Below are positions 14,898-21,246 of a stretch of DNA of 24,000 nt, in pieces. The first letter of the stretch is position 1; each line of letters opens with the position of its first letter. The stretch is from Flavonifractor sp. AGMB03687 (GTDB lineage Bacteria > Bacillota > Clostridia > Oscillospirales > Oscillospiraceae). The position numbers were made by a program, and so were the translations under genes. The DNA lies in NCBI RefSeq assembly GCF_017811815.1, contig NZ_JADKZI010000003.1, positions 319,549-343,548 on the forward strand. Reading direction: 5' to 3'. The notes under the pieces were generated by a model. It was not told the DNA's origin. It saw only the letters and a program-made list of their open reading frames with translations, and did not search any database.

Positions 14898-15257
14898 TCA
14901 CCCCCGATTCTCTTCGATCAGCTGCTGTAACTGCTCAATTTCCTCCAGGGACAGCTTTTTCCGCCGGGTAAAGGCGGTCAAAAAGGCGGGCAGGGACCCG
15001 AAGAAGGTCTCCTCCACAAATTCCTCGCTCTGGCGGGCGTAAAGCTCCTCCCTGGACACCAGGGAGGTCACCACCCCGTCCTGATTCTGAAAAATGCCCC
15101 GCTGGCACAGCCGCTTGAGCACCGTATAGGTGGTGGACTTCTTCCAGCCCAGCACCTCCTCCGCACGGCGCACCAGCTGGGTGGAGCTCATGGGCTCCCC
15201 CTGCCAGATGAGATCGGCAAACCGGGACTCCACCGCCCCCAGCTTCCAGTCGCTCAT
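14898..15257 (-). CDS. BlaI/MecI/CopY family transcriptional repressor
   Basis: 119 aa with a winged-helix N-terminus (LGAVESRFADLIWQGEPMSSTQLVRRAEEVLGWKKSTTYTVLKRLCQRG) and a C-terminal coiled dimerisation tail. AGGAGG SD. Sits immediately upstream of the M56 gene. Confidence 0.9.
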   Translation of the reverse strand: MSDWKLGAVESRFADLIWQGEPMSSTQLVRRAEEVLGWKKSTTYTVLKRLCQRGIFQNQDGVVTSLVSREELYARQSEEFVEETFFGSLPAFLTAFTRRKKLSLEEIEQLQQLIEENRG

Positions 15258-15270
15258 GGTAGTTCCTCCT

Positions 15271-15328
15271 TTGGTCTACTACTTGTCGTCCTCATCTGTA
15301 GTCTACAGTTTATAGACCAATCTGTCAA
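15271..15328 (-). promoter_or_regulatory. Promoter (TTGACA-N17-TAGACT) with an overlapping palindromic operator for BlaI/BlaR module 1
   Basis: Reverse strand reads TTGACA (15328-15323), a 17-nt spacer, then TAGACT (15305-15300). The perfect 13-bp palindrome CTGTAGTCTACAG (15296-15308) covers the -10. The outer inverted repeat TTGGTCTA (15271-15278) / TAGACCAA (15313-15320) brackets it. Confidence 0.55.
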
Positions 15329-15343
15329 TGACGATTTGGTTAC

Positions 15344-15377
15344 AAAAAAGGGACGACCTGTATTCAGGTCGTCCCTT
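15344..15377 (-). terminator. Rho-independent terminator ending BlaI/BlaR module 2
   Basis: 13-bp stem AAGGGACGACCTG / CAGGTCGTCCCTT (15348-15377) with a 4-nt loop. It is followed on the minus strand by TTTTTT and overlaps the last codons of the 185-aa gene. Confidence 0.75.
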
Positions 15378-15921
15378 CACAGCACATTTTACGGGCCCGG
15401 ATAAGCAAGCCTATCATGCAAAGGCACATCACTATGCCGGCCAGCGCCAGTAGGGCGGACAGGAGTTCCCACTCCTGCCAGGGCAGAGGGAGCATCGTAA
15501 CGGCCCGCAGGACCGCCTCCCCGTTGCGGACTCCGCGCAGCGCGCCCGCATCGATGTTCCGGGCCTCCACCAGAGCGGCCACATCGGTGAGCATCTGGAA
15601 GTTGAAGTAGATGGAGATGCAGATCACCAGTGCGTATACCAGATAAAACCAGTAAAGCACGGTCTCCCCCGTCAGCAGCACCCCCAGCCAGTTCACGCCC
15701 TCTGCGATCCCCAGCAGAACGCAGAAGGGTTTCAGCAGGGGCAGGTCCCGCACCTCCCCCTCCAGCAGTCCGATGGCGGAGAAAAAGAGCAGATAGCTGA
15801 CCCAGTTGGGCAGCACACTCAAACTATGCCCATTCACGCCCAGGTTGAGGTCCAGGTAAAGAAATACATAGCCCCAGATGATCCTGGTCAGGGCAGAGCG
15901 GAGCTGTTGTGTGTCTGTCAT
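15364..15921 (-). CDS. Hypothetical multi-pass membrane protein (185 aa), coupled to the degenerate M56 gene
   Basis: Four or five hydrophobic segments. Its ATG overlaps the upstream stop (ATGA at 15921-15918). It is followed by its own terminator. No family recognised. Confidence 0.7.
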   Translation of the reverse strand: MTDTQQLRSALTRIIWGYVFLYLDLNLGVNGHSLSVLPNWVSYLLFFSAIGLLEGEVRDLPLLKPFCVLLGIAEGVNWLGVLLTGETVLYWFYLVYALVICISIYFNFQMLTDVAALVEARNIDAGALRGVRNGEAVLRAVTMLPLPWQEWELLSALLALAGIVMCLCMIGLLIRARKMCCEGTT

Positions 15922-17552
15922 GGAGCCACCTCCTCTGGCCAGGCAATACCGTTGTATACCTGGTCTCTGTATTGGAACCTCACCGCCAAAGCGGCGGGGG
16001 ATTGCTGGTGGTCGCAGCCTGTGGAATCGCTGCCGCCTCCGCCCCCAAGTCCGTGCTCCTCCGGCGTACGGACGGAGCGGTGTCCAAACTGTTCAGGGAT
16101 CTCTCCCGCCTCCGCTTCCTCCCTGGTCAGGGGTTCATACCAGACCGTGAGGGAGATCTCCTCCTCCCCCTTCCAGGTCCGGCCGCCGGCAGAGCGGTAG
16201 TAGTCGGTAAAGAGCGCGGCAGGCTTGGGCACCGTATCCAGCCGATCGCTGCTGTATGTGCCGAAGAAATCGGTGTCGTCCACCTGTACCCGGTTATCCA
16301 CCTGCAACAGGTACTGATAGTTAATCTCCACCCGGAAATCCTCCACCTGGGCCGTATAGGTCAGGGCAGGCAGAACAGAATTGACGTGGGTGGCCAGGGT
16401 ACACTCCGGATCCACAGCTGTCCAATCCTCCAGAGGCTCCACCGCCCAGAAGTTCCCCTCCCGGACAATCCGCACCGGCTGGGACACCGCCACCGACTGG
16501 AAGTCCCCAGTGGAGTGGGCGAACCAGGTGGTATAGGCGTCCAGCACCAACAGGCCGGTGTAGTTCCCATCCGCCCCCTCCAGCAGGTTGTAGACTGCCC
16601 ACTCCGCCTGCACGCCGTCCTCTTTCTCGATACCCAGCAGCTCCAGCGGATAGGGGGTATCCAGCCCTTTCCGGGCCTGGGCAGCTGCAAACAGTTCTCC
16701 CTGCGCTTCCTCCGGGGCGGCCATCATCAAATAAATAGGGCTGTCTTCCATTATAGCCTTGGCGTAGGTGTCCAGGGCTCCGGCCACCGTGGTGGCCCGG
16801 TTCATCCTGGCCCTGGCCAGGGACACGGAATCGGCTGCCCATTGTTCGGGCATCTCCACCGCCCCGCTGGTCCCCACCAGGCAGGCCGCCGCCAGCACCA
16901 CCGCCACGCACCAGGAACCCAGAGCCACTCCCTGGGGGTAGCGCTTGAACCGGGCAATGGCCCCGATGCGGTGTTTGATGTTTTTTCCGCCGTTGGCCAT
17001 GGAGGTGGTGCCGGGTGCGCGTGCATACCGATTGTCCGCCATGGACAGGAGGATCACGCCGTACTCCCGGCGCTCCTCCCCCTCCAGCCGCTCCAGCACC
17101 CGCTGGTCGCACAGGGCCTCACTGTCGTTCTGGGCCTGGTCCCAGCAGTACCACAGCAGGGGATTGCACCAGTGGAGGCACCGCAGCAGGCATACCGCAA
17201 CTCCGGCAGCGTAGAGATAAAAGAGCCAGTCGGTGATGCTGACCGGCCCCGCCAGCCGCACCAGAGGAATGGGCGCCAGAACCTCCGTCAGCCCATAGGG
17301 GTCGGTGAGGACAGAGGAAAGGGAGCTCTCTGCCCCGGTCTTGGCTGCTTCCAGCGCCACATCCAGGCCGGGAATCAGGGTCCGGCCAAAGAACCCGGCA
17401 GGCAGCAGCAGTCGAATGGCCAGAATGGCCCACACCCCATACTGCCACCGGGGAGACAATTTATCCAGAAAGAGCCGCTTGGCAATGAGCAGCACCGCCG
17501 CCGTCAGGGATGCGGCCAGGGTCTGCTCCAAAAAGGCCCAGATGTTTTCCAT
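15918..17552 (-). CDS. BlaR1-like M56-family membrane protein lacking the HEXXH metalloprotease motif (544 aa)
   Basis: The N-terminus MENIWAFLEQTLAASLTAAVLLIAKRLF and the blocks LHWCNPLLW and CDQRVLE align with the 875-aa paralog. The segment carrying HEXXH (roughly 65-70 aa in the paralog) is absent, and no HExxH occurs anywhere. The ORF is otherwise intact, with a TM segment and an ectodomain of about 310 aa. GGAGGT SD. Confidence 0.8.
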   Translation of the reverse strand: MENIWAFLEQTLAASLTAAVLLIAKRLFLDKLSPRWQYGVWAILAIRLLLPAGFFGRTLIPGLDVALEAAKTGAESSLSSVLTDPYGLTEVLAPIPLVRLAGPVSITDWLFYLYAAGVAVCLLRCLHWCNPLLWYCWDQAQNDSEALCDQRVLERLEGEERREYGVILLSMADNRYARAPGTTSMANGGKNIKHRIGAIARFKRYPQGVALGSWCVAVVLAAACLVGTSGAVEMPEQWAADSVSLARARMNRATTVAGALDTYAKAIMEDSPIYLMMAAPEEAQGELFAAAQARKGLDTPYPLELLGIEKEDGVQAEWAVYNLLEGADGNYTGLLVLDAYTTWFAHSTGDFQSVAVSQPVRIVREGNFWAVEPLEDWTAVDPECTLATHVNSVLPALTYTAQVEDFRVEINYQYLLQVDNRVQVDDTDFFGTYSSDRLDTVPKPAALFTDYYRSAGGRTWKGEEEISLTVWYEPLTREEAEAGEIPEQFGHRSVRTPEEHGLGGGGGSDSTGCDHQQSPAALAVRFQYRDQVYNGIAWPEEVAP

Positions 17553-17555
17553 GGA

Positions 17556-17921
17556 TCATACCTCCATGTCGTCCAACAGCTGCTTCAGCTCCTCCCGCTC
17601 CTGGGCGGTGAGCTTCTCCTCCTTCAGAAAGGCGGCCACCAGCTTGCCCGCCGAGCCCTGGTATACCCGCTCCAGCAGGCCCCGCCGCTCCTCCGCCGCG
17701 CAGGACTCCCGGTCCACCCCCGCTCGGTAGCGGTGTGGGGTCTCCTCCTTGTCAATGTGCACCAAACCCTTGGCCTCCATGCGGGTCAGGTAGGTGAGCA
17801 CCGTGTTGCGGCTCCAGCCGGTGGCGGGGCGCAGGGCTTCCACCGCCGCCCCCAGGGAAAGCCCCTCGGGCGCATCCCACAACGCATCCAGCACCCGCCA
17901 CTCCTTCTCGCTCAGCTTCAT
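17556..17921 (-). CDS. BlaI/MecI/CopY family transcriptional repressor (second copy)
   Basis: MKLSEKEWRVLDALWDAPEGLSLGAAVEALRPATGWSRNTVLTYLTRMEAKGLV is a winged helix, and the C-terminus KLTAQEREELKQLLDDM is BlaI-like. ATG 17921 follows GGAGGG. The track start at 17951 lies inside the operator. Confidence 0.85.
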   Translation of the reverse strand: MKLSEKEWRVLDALWDAPEGLSLGAAVEALRPATGWSRNTVLTYLTRMEAKGLVHIDKEETPHRYRAGVDRESCAAEERRGLLERVYQGSAGKLVAAFLKEEKLTAQEREELKQLLDDMEV

Positions 17922-17931
17922 AGCAAGCCCT

Positions 17932-17984
17932 CCTACACCTGTAGTATCCATCTACATACTACAGGTGTAGGACGCCATTGTCAA
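17932..17984 (-). promoter_or_regulatory. Promoter (TTGACA-N17-TAGTAT) with a double TACA-N2-TGTA operator for BlaI/BlaR module 2
   Basis: Perfect 16-bp inverted repeat CCTACACCTGTAGTAT (17932-17947), 8 nt, ATACTACAGGTGTAGG (17956-17971). Each arm is itself a CTACA-NN-TGTAG dyad, with centres about 26 bp apart. Reverse-strand TTGACA (17984-17979), a 17-nt spacer, then TAGTAT (17961-17956) lies inside the right arm. Confidence 0.6.
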
Positions 17985-18021
17985 CACTTTCGCCAAAATT
18001 TCGTAAAACGCGAAAAAAACC

Positions 18022-18050
18022 TACAGACCAGCCTCCAATTGTGGTACAAT
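18022..18050 (+). promoter_or_regulatory. Candidate extended -10 promoter for the DUF1846 gene
   Basis: TGgTACAAT at 18042-18050, with a weak -35 (TACAGA, 18022-18027). Confidence 0.4.
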
Positions 18051-18095
18051 AGCCGTTGAATGAAAAAATGACACGAGAAGGGACGGAGACCGGAA

Positions 18096-19580
18096 ATGGA
18101 TAAAATCGGCTTTGACAATCAGAAATATCTGGAGCTCCAGTCGGCGCACATCCGTGAGCGGATCAGCCAGTTTGACAACAAGCTCTACCTGGAGTTTGGC
18201 GGCAAGCTCTTTGACGACCATCACGCCTCCCGGGTGCTGCCGGGCTTTGAGCCGGACAGCAAGATCCGCATGCTGAAGGAGCTGCGGGACTCGGTGGAGG
18301 TGGTCATCGCCATCTGCGCCAACGATATCGAAAAGAACAAGGTCCGCGGCGACCTGGGCATCACCTACGATGTGGACGTGCTGCGCCTCATCGACGCTTT
18401 CCGGGGCCAGGGCCTGCTGGTGGGCAGCGTGGTCATCACCCAGTACGCCGGCCAGCCTGCTGCCGACGCCTTCCGGCGCCGGATGGAGCACTTGGGCGTC
18501 AAGACCTACCTGCACTACCCCATTCCCGGTTATCCCCATAACATTTCCCTCATCGTCAGCGATGACGGCTACGGCAAGAACGACTATATTGAGACCCAGC
18601 GGCCCCTGGTGGTGGTCACCGCCCCCGGCCCCGGCAGCGGCAAGATGGCGGTGTGCCTGTCCCAGCTGTACCACGAGTACAAGCGGGGCGTGAAGGCGGG
18701 CTACGCCAAATTTGAGACCTTCCCCATCTGGAATCTGCCCCTCCAGCACCCGGTGAACCTGGCCTACGAGGCCGCCACCGCCGACCTGGGGGACGTGAAC
18801 ATGATCGACCCCTTCCATCTGGCCGCCTACGGCGAGACCACGGTGAACTACAACCGAGACGTGGAGATCTTCCCCGTCCTCTCCGCCATGTTCGAGAAGA
18901 TCATGGGGGAGTGTCCCTACAAGTCCCCCACCGACATGGGCGTGAACATGGCGGGCAAGTGCATCGTGGACGACGACGCGGTGTGCGCCGCCGCCCGGCA
19001 GGAGATCGTCCGCCGGTATTACACCGCCCTGTGTGACCGCCGCATCGGTACTGCCACCGACGATCTGGTGTACAAGCTGGAGACCGTCATGCAACAGGCC
19101 CATGTGGACGTGTCCATCCGCCCGGTGGTGGCTGCCGCCGCCCAGGTGGCCGAGGAGACCGGCAACCCCGCCGGCGCCATCGAGCTGCCCAGCGGCGAGG
19201 TGGTCACCGGCAAGACCACCGATCTGATGGGCGCCTCCTCCGCCACCCTGCTCAACGCCCTCAAGCGGCTGGCCGGCATCGACCATGAGCACCACCTGAT
19301 CTCCCGGGAGGCTCTGGAGCCCATCCAGCAGGTGAAGGTCCACCACCTGGGCTCTGTGAATCCCCGGCTCCACTCCGACGAGATCCTCATCGCCCTGGCC
19401 ATCTCCGCCACCGCCAATCCCCTGGCCAAGCGGGCTCTGGATCAGCTCTCCGCCCTGCGTGGCTGCGAGGCCCACTCCTCCGTTATTCTCTCCCCCGTGG
19501 ACTCCCACACCTACAGCCGTCTGGGCCTCCGCCTCACCTGCGAGCCCCAGTATGAGACCAATAAGCTGTACCACAAGTAA
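18096..19580 (+). CDS. UPF0371/DUF1846 family protein
   Basis: Collinear with streptococcal UPF0371 proteins as I recall them: KLYLEFGGKLFDDHHASRVLPGFEPD, VVITQYAGQPAADAFR, VVVTAPGPGSGKMA, GYAKFETFPIWNLPLQHPVNLAYEAATADLGDVNMIDPFHL, NPRLHSDEILIALAISA. Confidence 0.92.
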   Translation: MDKIGFDNQKYLELQSAHIRERISQFDNKLYLEFGGKLFDDHHASRVLPGFEPDSKIRMLKELRDSVEVVIAICANDIEKNKVRGDLGITYDVDVLRLIDAFRGQGLLVGSVVITQYAGQPAADAFRRRMEHLGVKTYLHYPIPGYPHNISLIVSDDGYGKNDYIETQRPLVVVTAPGPGSGKMAVCLSQLYHEYKRGVKAGYAKFETFPIWNLPLQHPVNLAYEAATADLGDVNMIDPFHLAAYGETTVNYNRDVEIFPVLSAMFEKIMGECPYKSPTDMGVNMAGKCIVDDDAVCAAARQEIVRRYYTALCDRRIGTATDDLVYKLETVMQQAHVDVSIRPVVAAAAQVAEETGNPAGAIELPSGEVVTGKTTDLMGASSATLLNALKRLAGIDHEHHLISREALEPIQQVKVHHLGSVNPRLHSDEILIALAISATANPLAKRALDQLSALRGCEAHSSVILSPVDSHTYSRLGLRLTCEPQYETNKLYHK

Positions 19581-19622
19581 TTTCTCACAAGAGAATTACA
19601 TTTTGTATTGAATTTGACTATA

Positions 19623-19658
19623 AAAAATGGACGCAGCCTTTTGGCTGCGTCCATTTTT
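19623..19658. terminator. Bidirectional terminator (DUF1846 gene / lipoprotein gene)
   Basis: AAAAATGGACGCAGCC tttt GGCTGCGTCCATTTTT, a perfect 16-bp stem that includes the A/T runs. Confidence 0.8.
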
Positions 19659-19669
19659 CCGTTCCTGTC

Positions 19670-20497
19670 TCAGGCCGCCAGAGCCTCAGCGGGGATCTCA
19701 AAGTCGGCCACATTGTTGAAGTTGGAGCAATCCATGGTGACCTCCACCTTGCTCATGGTCAGGGTGTCGCCGCCCTCCACGCCGGACAGCGCCTTCTTCA
19801 TCATGGTCTGCATCACGTTGGTCATGTCCATGTAGTACCGCACAGGATAACCGGTGGCCTGGTCGATCCAGACGGTGATGGGCATGTCGCCCAGGCCGCT
19901 GTACAGGTCCTCCAGGTTCATGCCCATGGTGGTCTCCAGGGAGGAGGTGGCACCGCTGGCCTTCATGACCTCCGCCAGCGCGTCGCCCTTGATGATGCCG
20001 GTGTACTTATCGGCGGTGGCACCGTTAACCTCCTCGGTGCCCGCATGGATGTACTCCGCGCCGCTGCTCAGATAGAGGTCCATGCTCTGCTGGGCATCGT
20101 ACTGCTTCAGCTGGCTGGCGTCGGCGGACTGGGTGGTCCAGTTGGTGCCGTCAAACATGTAGATGGTGTAATCGCCGTTGGTGGTGTCGGCATAGACGCT
20201 CATGGATACGGAACCCAGAGCCCCCATGCTCATGGTCATGTCCGCCTTCACCTTGACGGGGTCGTTGAAGCAGGACATATCCATTTTGGTGTCGGTCTCA
20301 ATGCTCTGGCCCATGACGGACATGTCCATCTCCATGAACATAGTGGCGTCCATGCTCTTCACCGCGTTCATCTTCTCCATGGCCGCCTTGATGCTGTCCG
20401 CCGCGTCCCCCTTGCTGGCTCCGTTGCCACAGGCCGCCATGGACACCGTCAGCAGGGCGCCCAGCGCAAGGGCCGCCACTCTCTTTCCCAGTTTCAT
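19670..20497 (-). CDS. Methionine-rich putative lipoprotein
   Basis: Signal peptide plus lipobox (MKLGKRVAALALGALLTVSMAAC|G). GGAGGCG SD. The mature part is Met/Thr/Asp-rich, with repeated MxM motifs. It may be a LolA/LprG-like lipoprotein family, which I could not confirm by eye. Confidence 0.8.
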   Translation of the reverse strand: MKLGKRVAALALGALLTVSMAACGNGASKGDAADSIKAAMEKMNAVKSMDATMFMEMDMSVMGQSIETDTKMDMSCFNDPVKVKADMTMSMGALGSVSMSVYADTTNGDYTIYMFDGTNWTTQSADASQLKQYDAQQSMDLYLSSGAEYIHAGTEEVNGATADKYTGIIKGDALAEVMKASGATSSLETTMGMNLEDLYSGLGDMPITVWIDQATGYPVRYYMDMTNVMQTMMKKALSGVEGGDTLTMSKVEVTMDCSNFNNVADFEIPAEALAA

Positions 20498-20697
20498 TCC
20501 GTACGCCTCCTTGTTGGTAAAATAAGGTGATTTGTTTCCAATACGGATATTCTATGTTCAGTTTATCATAGGCATCTCGGTTTGTCTTCTCTTTTTTCTG
20601 AAGGTTTTCTGAAATCCCAAAAAGAATCCCTTTGTGAAAATCGGCCGTGGGTTTTTCCGCCGCCCCGTGTATAATGGAACAGAGAGGGGGTGCCGGT

Positions 20698-21246
20698 GTG
20701 GAAGAGCAGAACATCATAAAGCGTCTGCTGGAGCGGGACGAGGCCGGGCTGCACGATCTGCTGCGGTATTACGGTCCGCTGATGCGCTATATCATCGCGC
20801 CCATTGTGACGGACCCCCAAGACCAGGAGGACTGCCTGTCGGAGGCGGCCATGCGGGTGTGGGACCGGGTAGACCAATTTGACCCCAGCCGGGGCAGCTG
20901 GAACGCCTGGCTCACCGCCGTGGTCCGCAACACCGCCCGGAACCACCGACGGGCCGGCCAATCCCACCACAGCACCCAGGACCTGGACGAAAACACCCCG
21001 TCCCCCCAACCTAACCCAGAGGAGCTGCTTCTGCGGCAGGAGCGGCAGGCCGCCGTCAACCAGGCCCTGGCCCGCCTCTCCCCCGACGAACAGGCCCTCT
21101 TTTACCGAAAATACTACTACTTACAGCCCACCGCTCAGATCGCCGCCGAACTGGGCACCACGGAGCGGGCGGTGGAGGGCAGGCTCTACCGGCTGAAAAA
21201 GCGGCTGCGGAAACTGTTGGGAGGTGAGGGATATGCGGGAACCTGA
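20698..21246 (+). CDS. ECF-type (group 4) sigma-70 family RNA polymerase sigma factor
   Basis: Region 2 (DCLSEAAMRVWDRVDQFDPSRGSWNAWLTAVVRNTARNHRR) and region 4 (LSPDEQALFYRKYYYLQPTAQIAAELGTTERAVEGRLYRLKKRLRKLL). GTG 20698 follows AGAGGGGG. An alternative ATG at 20674 sits inside a TATAAT box (20670-20675). Confidence 0.85.
   Translation: MEEQNIIKRLLERDEAGLHDLLRYYGPLMRYIIAPIVTDPQDQEDCLSEAAMRVWDRVDQFDPSRGSWNAWLTAVVRNTARNHRRAGQSHHSTQDLDENTPSPQPNPEELLLRQERQAAVNQALARLSPDEQALFYRKYYYLQPTAQIAAELGTTERAVEGRLYRLKKRLRKLLGGEGYAGT

Noticed and set aside
15909-18059. 716-aa + strand ORF spanning the second BlaI/BlaR module
   Set aside because: It runs antisense to two genes with clear family signatures and across their operator/promoter. 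The translation is P/G/R/Q-rich, with no start context.
18021-19574. 517-aa minus-strand ORF opposite the DUF1846 gene
   Set aside because: Same reasoning: it mirrors a highly conserved + strand gene, has a G/H/V/D-rich low-complexity translation, and lacks a ribosome-binding site.
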